The notes under the pieces: generated by a model
Told to the model about the DNA's origin: nothing
The model's input: only the letters and a program-made list of their open reading frames with translations
Databases searched by the model: none
Position numbers and translations under genes: made by a program
Origin: Octopus sinensis
Taxonomy: Eukaryota
DNA: 64,000 nucleotides
NCBI RefSeq assembly: GCF_006345805.1
Contig: NC_042999.1
Span: 33,170,001-33,234,000 of the forward strand
Reading direction: 5' to 3'
Part shown: positions 39,124 through 53,246 of the stretch, in pieces
Position numbering within the stretch: position 1 is the stretch's first letter
Layout of the letters: every line of letters starts with the position of its first letter

Positions 39124-39290
39124 GATGATCACGATGATGATGTTGGTGCCAACGACGATGACGATGACGATGACTTTGATGATGTCGATGATGACATTTA
39201 AGATGAAGATGATGATAACGATGATGATGATGAAGAGGAGGAGGATGACAATGATGCTGCTGATAATGATGATCATGATGATGATGATAA
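39040..39290. repeat. (GAT)n microsatellite, degenerate
   Basis: Seen directly in the sequence. Confidence 0.95.
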
Positions 39291-41384
39291 ATAGGATAAC
39301 GAAGAAACTGTCAATTATAACTTGCGAAAGGCGCAGTTTTGGAAGATTTTATGGTGAGACGTTTTCGTGTGAGAGCATTACTCTGAAAAAAGGTTGTGTA
39401 AAGAAATCCATGCTTTGTAAAAGTGAAGCCGAAATAGCATTTCCCATCTCCCGAAAGCCAGATTACACGGTATCACCATATATCTGCCTCGTCATTTATT
39501 TACTGAATGTATAACACTGTGAGAACTCGGTTTGCTGACATAAGAGAAGACATGTCAGAATCAAATTCCATATCTGTTGCTCTTGTAGATGGTGGTGATA
39601 TTGATGAGGATATCGATTATCAGGATGTTTGCATACATCATTAGGACCATCATGGTGACGTGTTATTTACTTTATTGCAATGCAGATAATACTGAAATTT
39701 TGTATAGTATAAAGTAGGAATTTTATAAAAAGACGATCTTTTATCAAGGCCGGAAATAATTGAATCATCGTTTTTGTATTGAAAATACTTGCATTATTTC
39801 AATACAGGTAACTTTTTTTTGTAAGGAATCATTTAATACAATAAGATAAATCCTTCTAGTTTACGTCAATACAAATGTAATGAAGCAAAGTAAATACAAG
39901 GTCTCAATAAATTACATTTGTGTATTATCATGAATTAAACAAATAGCCAAGGTGGTGAATAAGTCTGGATGGTTTTGTAGTCAATCAAATAAGGAATTGC
40001 AATTACATTTTATTATAGAATTATATCCATTAATGTTAATGTGCTCACTATGTTTAGATTCATATCCATCACCATCTACTTCCAATAAGCATTAAGAATG
40101 CTCTAATACGTACATCAATGTAACAATAAATCACTTCAGCTACCTAGAGATAAATCATATTCCGAATTCAGAGAAAGGTCACATAATGTCATTCATAAAG
40201 AAAAACATTCCAAAATCCTCCTCAATATTTTAATATTCTCTCTCTTATACTTTTGTCCACTGTAAACATTGATTCTACGAAATCTATTCAATCTTACATC
40301 CGAGCCGGTTCAGTATTTAATTTCGCTTACTATCACCCACGACGTCCCTTTCCTCATGTACCACACTGACAGGCATATGTAGCACTAGATTCAAAGAGTC
40401 TTTCATATTCAGTACAAGTTCATGTCATGTGAATTGTTAAGGTCATCAGTCTTAAATTGCAGCGGCATCTGTGGATGAGTAGGAGCAAGAAGGTAAGCAA
40501 CTCCATCCAAAATTAAAATAAAACAAAAACATCGAAGTATTATTAATAGTGTATCAAACAATTAAATATGGATGAGCGTGAATAACCCAGCAACTTTCAT
40601 ATTGTAGAATCAAAATACCTCCGCCTCCTTTAGGCTGGCTTGGAGATCTCATAAACATGGAGGAGAGGCGGAAGAGTTTGTGACCCGGTCGGCCTGAATT
40701 CAGTTGTAACTGCGAAGCCAAATCCTATGAGCTCATATCGTTTAGCAAGCGCGCTTCTTCTAATACGATCCCAGGCCACTCACATCCACACTGTCAAACT
40801 TGAACGCAGCCAAGGTGAATAGAATTAATTAGTCACTTGGTGATGGGGATGGATATATCCTCTCCTCCCGGTATATCGTGTGGCTTGGTTCTTGGTTGAG
40901 TTTTGGAGATTAAGGAAATTTATGGATTTCTCCTTGCCTCTCCTCGTGGCTATTCCGGTAAATTGGTTTAGTAAGATTTAATTGTAATATTCCAATGTCA
41001 TTAGGATATTGTTCTTTCAATTCCGTGTATGAATGACAGTCAAGCATTATTAACTGGTTGTATTGTGGTGTGTGTCTGTGAGGCGGAGAGGTTTGAGAAA
41101 GTGCTTTTCCTTTTCGTTCTTTTTCGTTTGGCCACCTCATCCCATTCCTGATCTGTTGTGGCATTGTCTTGCCATTTTGTGGTAGTGTTTGTGCTGGATG
41201 GTTTGGGGTTTTGTTTGATGGTGTTATCCGTCGGAGTCTTACTTGTTTTGGTGTCCGGGGTCTGGGGTTTTTTGTGGTATTGGGTTGGTGCTAGTTTCTT
41301 TGGGCAGTTGTTTTGGAGACACGTCTGGTGAAGTGTGGCCCGTTTCTGGATTGTCCAGTTCGCAGGAGCTTCTAATGTGGTACT

Positions 41385-41540
41385 TTTGTCCTTGTTTTTT
41401 CTCTGTCCCTTTCTGTAGAAGAGCGTAAGCTCGAAACGTAAATTACTTATTCTATTCTTGGGCGTTATACTAATACATCTGTTTGTTTTGTACACCACCT
41501 GTCTTCGTCTTTTGGTTTTTTTTTCGTAAACTCTCCCTAT
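41385..41540 (+). mobile_element. Penelope-pLTR-like repeat with a degenerate hammerhead-like core (related copy at ~56145-56295)
   Basis: ctgtagaa-GAGC gtaa GCTC-GAAA-cgta followed by gcgttatactaatacatctgtttgtt, shared with 56176-56260. Confidence 0.5.
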
Positions 41541-42752
41541 ATATATATAACACTTATATCATTCACGTAGACTTGTGTGTATAACATAACCTTTATCCAG
41601 ATTTTCTGAACGGGTAAATTATTCACTATTTAATAATTGCATTGTAGTTTCTGCATGGAGATCCAATGACACATTCGTCGGTTAACTTTTTTTTAAATAT
41701 TTCTTCTTCAAATCATGTTTAATATTAAGAGTTTTGACATATCCATTCATGTAGGCCAAAATCGTTTACTACTATTAGCAATGAGCGAATTGACAGAGAA
41801 ATAAGTTCAACAGTGTTTTGAACACGTTACTCAGCTTATAAAATGCATGTGGTTAGTAAGCAAGTTGTCGACATTGCTGAAGTTGCAGATGCTTCTCTAG
41901 AAATCAACAAAGCCGAAAATTTTACGCTTAAGATATAGGCAATGCGACAGTTTCTTTACACAGCAGCAAAGAACTGGTAATCAAACGTATTTAAGGAACT
42001 AAATTATACCTATACGATGTACGCAGTCACAGACATATAGACTCCGCTCGTCACCAATACACATACACACGCGCACGCCGACCTATATTTATATGTGTAC
42101 ATGTGTTTCTGTGTTAGACGAAGGTAAATACAGCTAAATGTATATTTATGTGTGTGTACACGTGTATTTGTAAGCATGCGCGCATGTATGTGTGTTAGTG
42201 TGAGTAGGTACATATCTGCGGTATTTAACCTGCCTTAAAGCATATGTTAACTAAAGTATTGAAACTTTACGTTAGTCTAAGAAAATGTTCAACACTATAC
42301 AATTAGTTCTTTCGCCTGTATGATTTTTCAGGTAACCAGCAGTAATTTATATTCTTCCATCATTTCTGGAATATTCTATGTTATTTCAAAGGTGAGAAAT
42401 ACTGTACTGATTTAACATTCTGAACTAAATTATATAAGAATCAGTAATTTCTTGATATATTAACGTCAATATGTTGAAATATATATTGGTTGCAAATTTT
42501 GGCAAAAGGCGAGCAATTTCGTGGGGAAGAGGTAAGTCTACTACATTAATCCAAGAGGTCGACTTCATCAACATAGTACTTATTTTATCGACCTCAAAAG
42601 GATAAAAGCCTAAGTCTACATCAGCGGTATTTTATCGCAGAGGGTAAACATTCAGTTCTATATACTCTCGTCTAACATAGATACACATGGACACATATAA
42701 ATACAGGCCGCGTGCGCGTGTGTATGTATACAGGTGATGAGCGGAGTCTATA

Positions 42753-42914
42753 GGCGTACGAGTGGCTGTGTGTTAAGTAGCTTTCTTACGAGCCACATGG
42801 TTCCGAGTTCAGTCCCACTGCGTGGCACATTGGGCAACTGTCATCTGCTATAGCCTCGAGCAGACCAAAGCCTCGTGAGGGGATTTGGCAGAAGGAAACT
42901 GAAAGAAGCAGTCG

Positions 42915-42958
<44 letters not shown>

Positions 42959-43192
42959 TGTGTGTGTGTGTGTGTGTGTGTACGTTTGTGTGTATGTGTT
43001 TGTCCCCCCAGCATCGTTTGACAACCGATGCTGGTGTGTTTACGCCCCGTAATTTAGCAGTTGAGCAAAACAAATCGATAGAATAAGGACTAGGCTTAAA
43101 AACGATAAGCCATGGGGTCGACTAAAGGCGGTGCTCTAGCAGGGCCACAGTCAAATGACTGAAACAAGTTAAAGAGAGTAAAGAGAAAAGAG
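42753..43192 (+). mobile_element. SINE family B (diverged)
   Basis: ggcgtacgagtggctgtgtgttaagtagc...gttcagtcccactgcgtggcac...gtcaaatgactgaaacaag. Confidence 0.88.
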
Positions 43193-43514
43193 AGGGACGA
43201 AATACCGGTAGGTAGTTTGTCCGGCCTTCTAAATATTCGGCAAGCTTGCCACCTTCATCTCTCTACATTAGTGACTGAATATGTACTTATATATATGTTA
43301 TACACTGCTTTCTCGTATGAGAGCAAACTATTGAAATGAGTCATTGGTGATGATATATAAGGCCCTTATATGACACTTGAGTTTGGCCAAAGATTTGCAC
43401 ATTTTATTACATAATACACAACTGTGCTTTGCTGACGGAGGGAACAGATGTCACAATATGAAATCTTTTGACATGCCTTTTAAAAGCACACACACACACA
43501 CAAACACACAAACT

Positions 43515-43551
<37 letters not shown>

Positions 43552-45459
43552 ATATATATATAATATATAATATATATATAGTGTAATAAATAAAATAAAT
43601 GCATACATACATACATATATGTACGTACCTACATATACATGTATATATACATGCATATATAAATATATATACGTGAGTACAGGACACCACAATTAGACGT
43701 AGAACTCAACGAGAAACGAAAACGTAAAAACAAACGTGGAAACGGACCTAAACGAAAAACAAACAGAGTACAAGACAAACTACACAAGGAAAAATCCCCT
43801 TCATCAGCTGTCCCTAGTTCAACTCCAGCGTGTTTCGAAGGTTGGACTTATATATATATAAGTTATTTCTGTCAACGCCTTTCATAATGCTATATTTATT
43901 AAATAGCGTTTATCCTCTAGCTTCCGATCCCTGTAGCATGGACAATACCATTAAACCCACCACATAGCATTCTACCTTCCCTATTTTCCTCAGTATAATG
44001 GAAACACGATGTAACCCGCAGCCTACGGATATAGCTCATGAGAGTGATTTTATTTACTTACCATGGATTATAATAACACCTTAAAATGAAGTTCTTACAT
44101 TACCTTACCAGGTCTATTACATTACAATATTTTGTTTTATTTTTACCTATTTTAATCTATCTTATCTTATTTACCCTACTATTATTCTAACTGAATTCCC
44201 CACATGTTAGTTTCCTAATATTTGTGCTCTGTGAAGGGGACTTGAGGCTCAACCATTATCCAATCTCTGTCCAATGTTTGTTCATCTCTGTATATCACTG
44301 ACGTGATGAGGATGACTTGGAAGATTCTGAGACCTCATTGTAGAAACGTCCTTAAGGGATTTATATCTGTACACTCATCTATTATTGTACATTCATCTCT
44401 CTCTATATATATATCTGTTTACGAATTTATTGGGTGATCTCATTCGTTTACTTGTACCACTTAATCACATGTTTGTCATCATTTAATGAATAGATATAAT
44501 GGAATGTTTACTGTCTGATGCTTGTTGATTTCATTTTTCTGGATGTTATCAGGTAAAAACGTTCGGGGGCGTATACATCTGTAGTGATGCCTTTTTATTT
44601 ATACGATTTTGTTTTTTCATTTCATACTTATTTCATTCATTCTTTGCAATTTACTCACTCCACCTCACACATGGACTGCAAAGCTTACAGTTGGGTTGCT
44701 GAATTGAAATCTCTATAATGCTTTGCGTGGAAGGTAAAACTTGACATACTGCTCTGCTACTGTTGTTGGACTACCGTGATGTTTGTTTAAAAAAGAGAGA
44801 TTATTACTGTGATAAAGTAATGAAAGCAACATTTACTAAACAAGTGAGCACTATTATGCAAAATATTGAGATATAAAATATAAATGATTATTATAATTTG
44901 GAATCAAATGTGAAAATATTATGAATAGGCTAGTAGAAAAACGTCCGAAGGGCGGTCTTTCTACTAGTATTATACATGTAGCTGTATTTATTGATCATAC
45001 CCTCATTCACATACAGAGGGAATATTAATTTGATCAGTAAACAATGATTAGAAATGAATAACGGTAACTTCTGAATGAGATATATATTCCATGACCATTT
45101 ATTATAAATGTTAATTTTATACATCTAAGTTACAAGTACTTCTACACTAGCGAATCTATATTGGTGTAATCAATTTCTTAATATATTTCGTAATTAACAT
45201 TGAAAATCTAATTACGGAAATGTCAATAGTTTGTTAATGTCGGTAAAATATTAAAATCGTAGATGTATGTATTTCCCATTCACTTGCGAATAACAGTACC
45301 ATCTGGATATATAACTACTTAATGCAACCTCATGGAAATTTCTAATTTAGCTTCCTGTCTTCATATGAAATGTGTTTTGTGTTTTCTTTCATTACTACTC
45401 CCTAATTAAGATTCATAACACTCTTGAAATATATCAACACAAATGTACAAATACAGCAA

Positions 45460-45720
45460 GCAAATTTTCTAGCAAAAGTGCATTTTAATTTTCGAATCAA
45501 GCAACATATTTCAGAACAACGTTACCAAATAATAATAGTTGTCAGCTCAGATAAGATATCAACAGTTAAGACACTATTAACGAAAACTGTGTGCTCATCA
45601 GCAAAAAGTGATTTCTTTTTGAGAATTTGTGTCATTGAAGTATTTGTGTCATTGAGGTATTGTACGGCTCTATCTGGTAACCCGGTACTGCTTTGCGTTA
45701 CCCCGTTCACTAGTTTCTCT
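45460..45720 (-). mobile_element. Old LINE reverse-transcriptase fragment (CR1/L2 group)
   Basis: NGVTQSSTGLP...YLND...LFADE resembles the GVPQGS.LGP..F..Y.ND...LFADD RT motif. Confidence 0.5.
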
Positions 45721-46654
45721 AGTTTTAATCATGAACTAACATATACTATCCCTCAAAATCGCTTCTCTACCACCTCACATTTCTTCTAATCACGACTAAA
45801 GCCCGACTCTAAGTCGTAGTTAAATGAGTCTAAAAGTTTCAGTCCCTCAGTATTCGTCATCGGTTAATGTGCTCTGCATCTATTTCTAGTGCACTCTTTC
45901 ACTGATCCTGCAAATGTAAGCTATAGGACAACAAATTCCCTAAAGACCAGAAAATGTGCCGTTCTTGAGACTAGAGACTGGCCAGGTACCAATGCCATGT
46001 TGATCATATCCGCGGTTATTACCTGCTTCCCTAACACATTCCAAATATCTACCAATTTTAACATCCCACAAACGCCAAGGTACAGTACACTGAATGCAGT
46101 TAGTTTTTGTAATTCTATTTATAAATTTAATATCTATGCTTGTTCTGTCTCCTTATTTGTATTTGTTTGCGTGGCTTTGTGCTTGCCATCTGTAATTTCC
46201 CAAAATACTTGCTTGTGCCTCGGTACATAGAGTGATAGAAAAATTAAGTGTACATCCCGTCCCAATCACTTCCATTACCAACACTAAAACAATTACACCC
46301 AACATCACTACCAATTTTAACCGAATATATCTTTAATGGGTAAACAACACCAATAATAGTATCAACCTGATAGTAATGACAATATATATTTTACAAGCCA
46401 ACAGAATGGGCTGTGTGTATTTGTGTGTGTCTGAGTCGACCTTGGAATTGTATTTTAAATCAATGCTTCAAGAGGCTAAGTTCCTATGACCGTAGTAAAT
46501 CTTCAGCTAAATATACTGTGATGTCCTGAGGTGCAAGTTCGAGCAATGGCTGATCAGACCTGGTGAAGTGTGTGAAAATATAATCCTAGATAAACATGAG
46601 TCTGTATTGCAGAAATGACTCCTTCCAATACTTTCCAGTGGTGTAATGATTAAA

Positions 46655-46970
46655 GAAGACTCTTTATTCATGAACAATGGGGCTCCTTACACGGCTAAAA
46701 TGTCCGAAGGTTTCTTGAATAAAAATGGCATTAAAAAGCTTCCATGACAAAGCCAGTCGCCGGATATTAACTCTGCTGAACAACACGGGACATACGCTAT
46801 AGGACTGTTCATTAAAAAGTACAAGATCATCTTCAAGCCATTTATTTTGAGATTACTGAGTACAACTTGGCAAGAAATTCGACAAGAGAATATTCGTCAT
46901 CTGATAAGTAACATGCCTAATAGGGACCTTCCCTTGAAAAATACAAAGGATGTGTCTACTAAATACTAAA
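46655..46970 (+). mobile_element. Decayed Tc1 transposase C-terminal fragment
   Basis: FMNNGAPYTAK...FLNKNGIKKLP*QSQSPDINSAE...WQEIRQENIRHLISNMPNR...STKY*. Confidence 0.7.
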
Positions 46971-47073
46971 TATTCGCATTATAAAAATTAATAGATATTT
47001 CGAATAAAAAAATTTAAGATTTAATTAAATGTTAGTTATTGTGTGCCTTTTTACTTGTCATGGCTGCATGCTC

Positions 47074-47147
<74 letters not shown>

Positions 47148-47193
47148 GTATGCATGTATGTATTATGTATATATGTATCTATATATATATATG

Positions 47194-47252
<59 letters not shown>

Positions 47253-48207
47253 TATATTTGCGTGTGTCTGTGCGTGTATGAATCCATGTGTATATATATA
47301 TACATATGCATGTATGTGTATATATATACGCATGTATATGTATTTGTATGTATATATACATGTACTATGTATATATATATATATCTGTATATATATATAT
47401 ATATGTGTGTATATATATGTATATATAACTAAATATTGGATCATATAATATGTGTATATATATATGTATATATAAGTAAATATTGGATCATATAATAATA
47501 TGAATAATTATAAACATCTGAATATATACATACATATATGTACACGCCTACATATGTGTGCATATAAACAGGATATCAAAAAACCTAGATACAATGACAA
47601 AACGAAAACACAGTAAACCAACTTTTTCCGAAGAACGAGAAAACAAGACGAGAAAAGAGACATGCAACATAAAGAACATTCCCCTTCATCGGTTCTCCCT
47701 CTTTCATCTACTCCAAGATAAGGACAAGACGCGACTTCCTTGAAACAGTACTTCCCACAAAACTAATTACCAAAAAACAATGGGTTTTTTTGCGGAGAGG
47801 AAAACAGAAATCAAGAAGCACAAGGGAGGGATGTAGATACACAGAGAAGAGGTAAAAGGGTGGAATAGCTAGAAAGAGAGTGAGCACCGTAATTATTAAT
47901 ATAAAACTTACACGCAAAAGGATGCGTGGCATTCGATCATATAATGATATAAGTAATATATAAACATCTGCATATACTCATACATATGTGTACATGCCTA
48001 CATATATATGTATATATGGGCACATGCATATATGGGCACAGGACATCACAAATCCTAGATGTAATGAGAGATCGAAAACAAAGACAAAAAATACAAGGAA
48101 AGAGTGAAAGGACATATGCAACATAAAGAACATTCAGCTTCATCAGTGCTCCTGTTTCATCTACTCCGCCGCACGAGGGTAAGGACAAGATATATTTTAT
48201 ATATATA

Positions 48208-48278
<71 letters not shown>

Positions 48279-48382
48279 ATATATATGTATATATATATGT
48301 ATATATATATATAATGTATATCTATATGTATAAATATATATATATATGTAATAATATATGGATATATATATATGTATATATA

Positions 48383-48423
<41 letters not shown>

Positions 48424-48526
48424 CATATGTATATATGCTATATATACATGCATGTGTTGTACATATATGTATGGTATGTTATATCAATGAATGTATAATT
48501 TAGTTTAAATTAAGTGTGATGTTATA

Positions 48527-48902
48527 TCTTTATATATAAAAGTGAAGTTGTGTGTCTGTCTCCTACAATTTTGATTCCTAACTACTCCCACATTTTGCGG
48601 TGCAGTTTAACCAAAACCGGGTATCTTATAGTCGTGATTCATATCGAGCCCTTCTGGGCATTTGCGTGCGTCTACGATGAGTCTACGATTTAAAAAAAAA
48701 ATTACCATAATTTCTTTTCCATTTTAATGCATTTTTTCGCTATAAAATGTCTAAGATAAGTCAACGATTTAAAAAAATATTTACCATCATTTATTTTCCA
48801 TTTTTAATGCAATTTTTTGCTATTTTTTGGCTATAACTCTCTAAAAATGCTTATATAGTTATTTCCCTTCTAAACCCGTGCAACGCCGAGCGATACCGCT
48901 AG
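48527..48902 (+). mobile_element. Non-autonomous Helitron (complete)
   Basis: a|TCTTTATATATAAAAG...cccgtgcaacgccgagcgataccgCTAG|t gives a 5' TC, subterminal hairpin, 3' CTAG and AT target. Confidence 0.9.
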
Positions 48903-49927
48903 TATTAACTAAAATATTTATCATAATACCGGTATGATAAGTATGGTAAGGATAGATCTAAGATTTATTATTGCTTGTTTACATCTTTTCGGTATCAGTG
49001 TCTGTACGATACTGGAAAAAGGATATGTTTCTCTGAAGGGTATCTACTTTTCATCGACAACTGTGATTGTCACACGCCGATAACAGATCAATATCCAGAA
49101 CCTCCGTGTCTATCATAAATTGAAGACGGGAAGGATGGCTTCCCTTTGCAAATACTGATAGGCCACAGGAAGTGTGTCCATAGCCAGCTGGAGAATGTGT
49201 CCTCCTGGGTCTATAAACTACAGTAGCATCCACCCTTAGGGGTTAGCCATATTTAAATGGCAAATATACGTCACAACTTAATTGATATTATATAAAAACA
49301 GTAGCCGCGTTTATGTTCATTAAAGCTATCAATAAAATGCAGAAGTATTTAAAATGTTTAAACATTAAAATATACATATATATATATATTATATATATAT
49401 ATAGTGAGAGAGAGAGAGAGAGAGAGAGATTTATATACTATTATCTGCATATTTTATATATATATATATTATATATAATATATATATATATATAGATATA
49501 TATATTTTATATATATATATATGTGTGGTGTGTGTGTATATAATCTTCGTATGCTTTGTCAACAAGCAGCTGTAAGAGTAGATTTTTATTCACACATTTA
49601 TCTTTATTTATTTATTAATTTTTATTTGTCAGTGAAGAATGCTACTGTTATTTAGCCTCGGTATATAACTTTGACAGTTGGCTATGTGATAGAAGCGTAC
49701 TGCGCACTTATTTTGTGAAAGAGGAGAGATAATCAACTCCACTTGACAAAGGCAGTATCCCCAGACTAGTTCCATCTGTCTGGGGTAGCTTGTCTTCCTA
49801 GGTGTCGCTTTTTATTAATTTTGAAAACAGAATCTCAAAAGAAATAAGTTTACCTAGTTAAACAATTAGAAATGTTGCATTTCTAATTCTTTCAGAGAGA
49901 CTTATACAGTAGCAAAAGGATAAGGTG

Positions 49928-49966
<39 letters not shown>

Positions 49967-50607
49967 TAATATATTATATATATTATATATATGTATATAT
50001 GTGTGTGTGTGGTGTGTGTGGTGTGTGTGTGTGTGTGTGTGTGTGTCTGTGTGTGTGTGTGTGTGTCTGTGTGTGTCTGGGGTGTATGCATGTATGTATG
50101 TACGCATATATATACAAATTTTATGAAAGAAAATGGAAGATATACATAGTGGATACTAGGTTAATTTTATTTGTAACACGATGATAAAATATAATGCATA
50201 TTATATTTAGGATGTAAAGGAACGGAATCTATAAAATAAATTAGTTTTCGACCATCACCATTGAAGGGATTTTAAATGTAAAACAGATGTAAATACAGAC
50301 CTGACACCGTTTATTAACCGGTGTTGTTCAAACGATGAATAGCCCACGCGCAAACCAATTGCGTTTCGGTTTCTTACTTTATTATTATTATTATTAACTT
50401 CTTATAATCATCTCATAATAATGTCCTTTATGACTCGTATTACTACCTCAGTCATTCTAAATGTATATATTTGTCACTACCTGTCATAAATAGCCTTTTT
50501 CTATCTGCAATATGCATTTTCGTTGGTTTTTCATATGTTACCCTTACATTTCCACGTGTACTTTATATTTTCTTTTCGTAACATATTTCTACTATATATA
50601 TATATAT

Positions 50608-50832
50608 ACACAACGGCCTCGAACACGCAAGTGCAAACAAGGGAGACAGAGAAAGGCAGAATGCCACTTATATTTGAACACTATACAAATATTCCTTTAA
50701 AAGAACTTTTCTTTTAATTTTTTTAAAATTTAATTATTTAATCGTTACAGTTGAAAAGGTCTCAAAATGACCGAAACCTGGTACTGAAATGTTCTTTAAA
50801 AAATTATTTTAGCATTTTCTATTTTGACTGTT

Positions 50833-50840
<8 letters not shown>
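50608..50840 (+). mobile_element. Penelope-like element terminal repeat (pLTR) between (TA)n tracts
   Basis: Inverted copy of 56788-57015; contains a hammerhead motif. Confidence 0.7.
50745..50790 (+). ncRNA. Minimal type I hammerhead ribozyme motif, U3-A8 variant
   Basis: ttacag-TTGAAAA-GGTC tcaaaat GACC-GAAA-cctggTA-ctgaaa. Confidence 0.65.
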
Positions 50841-50900
<60 letters not shown>

Positions 50901-50974
50901 AATATTAGGGAATAAATCCAAATTTACAAGGAAAAATCAGATTTAAGATTGAATCATTTTATAGTAAAATATTA

Positions 50975-51131
50975 TATTATATCAAATTAGAGACAAACCA
51001 CTATTATGCATTCAAACAAGAAAGACTGAAACCAATACATAAATAATTATATAAATTATTTTATGTATTGGGTTAAGTCTTTTCTTTTTTGATTTGTATA
51101 GTAGTGGTTTTGTCTCTAATTTGATATAATT
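50975..51131. repeat. Imperfect palindrome (~75-bp arms)
   Basis: attatatcaaattagagacaaaccactatt... pairs with ...tagtagtggttttgtctctaatttgatataat. Confidence 0.85.
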
Positions 51132-51308
51132 ATATATATATATATATATATATATGGAGTTTTAGGTGCATATTTAGATATATTAAGTTTCAATAGTTGT
51201 TGATGATGGGTTATAGGATTTTTAGAAGATAAAAGATAACAAGTCCTAGTAATAGCAATTTTTTAAAAATAAGTAGTACTTGGAAAAATATAAATATAAA
51301 TATATATC

Positions 51309-51363
<55 letters not shown>

Positions 51364-51421
51364 TAAATATTAATGTATTCATATATTTATAATAAAATTT
51401 ATATATTATATATATATATAT

Positions 51422-51472
<51 letters not shown>

Positions 51473-53109
51473 CGTGTGTGTGTGTGTGGTGTAATACATA
51501 TAGAACTATAAAATGAAAATATAAATATAAATGGTTATGAGTGTATAAAGGTGGAATATATGTATATTCTATTTAAAAAAGAAATATTATTGGTCATTGT
51601 ATAATCATGGGATTATTTGGTATTTGAGTTTTGTATGTTGTAATTTAAAATTTGAGAAATCTATGGATTAAATTTATACTAATATTATGGTATTAAATAT
51701 GGTTTATATGATCATTGTTTTAATAAGAATGCTATTTATCATGGACTTGAAATGTGGGTTATGTGTTTAGCTTTAATGTGGAAAATTATAAGTAGTAGAT
51801 TATTGAAAATGCTACGGCGAACTAATATATAATTTAATTTGGGATTAAGTTTTAGAGTTCAATTGAAATATGTATAGGGGGCATGATGTTATATATGGAG
51901 TATAATAATAGTGCGATTAACATTGAACGGGATATTATATATTATTCTATATATATATCTATATATATATATATATATATATTATATAGATGTATATATA
52001 TATATATAGATAATATATTATATATATATTATATATTGATGATAAGATAATTTTGGGATTAAATTATAAAGTTCATAATAAAAGATATATTCATAGATTT
52101 ATTAAGGATTATGAGAATAAAAATAGTGTGGGATATAATTATGTGTCTAATAGAAAAGAATGTTATTGATTATGTAGATGGTATTATAAATACTAATTAT
52201 TCTACTTCAACATCAAAATGGCGTATTTTTATTGAAGATGTGATTAGGATGGAGTGTATGCACAATCGGAATAGGCAATAATCGGAATGCCAAAATATGA
52301 ATTATTCGTGTCCACAAAATATCTCGTGTTGATTTATAATACTTAAAATCTCGGGAGTATAGCGGGAAGTAAAGAAAAGCATTCGCCAGAGGCGGTGAAA
52401 TCTTAAAATGAATATTTTTGCCTCTGTGAATGTTATCTGTGACATGTATAAAGTCGCAAACGCATGCTTAGACATATTTATCATCTGTTGATATAGGAAA
52501 TTAATAGTGTCGCAAGTAGCCAGGTGGCATGGCAATGTCTCGTCAATAGTGACTGAAGCTGTATTAGTTCAAAATAGCATTGTGTATACCATACTTCATG
52601 CTGTCATATTCTAGATGGCTTTTCAGATCTTTAATTTGTTTCCTGAAAGTATCACGTCCATAGGTCTGGTGCTGAATATTACAGATACTATCACTAGAAA
52701 AAGAAAGCGTTAAGCAGCGGCAGTGGAATTTCTAAATCTAGATGTACTCTTCTTTGGGCCTCGTCAAATGTAAGAACCCACTTGCAACAACGTGCTTAGA
52801 TAATGACTCTCGTTACCGTATTTGCTTGTGGATACTTGATACTGTTGAGGTTCGATGAAGCAAAAGTATATAAATATAAATTACATGGTTGCTACTGAAG
52901 ACTTTTCCTCTGCTGTGGGTATACTTGCGGGCCATTGTGTGTGTTACGGAGAAGGCCTATTAGCTATAAATTGCAGCACCGACTTAAATTATTTGATGTG
53001 AATGACTATGTGTATAAACTGAATAATCAGCTTATATATATATGTATATATATGTGTGTACATATATATATATGTGTGTGTGTGTGTGACTGTGTGTGAG
53101 GTGTGTGCA

Positions 53110-53246
<137 letters not shown>

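Noticed and set aside
40910-41498. 152-aa and 84-aa minus-strand ORFs
   Set aside because: They start inside a dispersed repeat, are K/T/Q-biased and frameshifted. More likely retroelement-derived than a host gene.
43690-43850. Minus-strand GAAAC...CTGATGA arrangement suggesting a type II hammerhead; related repeats at ~47570-47730 and ~48050-48190
   Set aside because: Stems I and III cannot be paired convincingly. It is treated only as a dispersed repeat.
51140-52200. Very AT-rich strand-biased stretch, possibly a decayed Penelope body on the minus strand
   Set aside because: I could not recover diagnostic RT or GIY-YIG motifs by eye.
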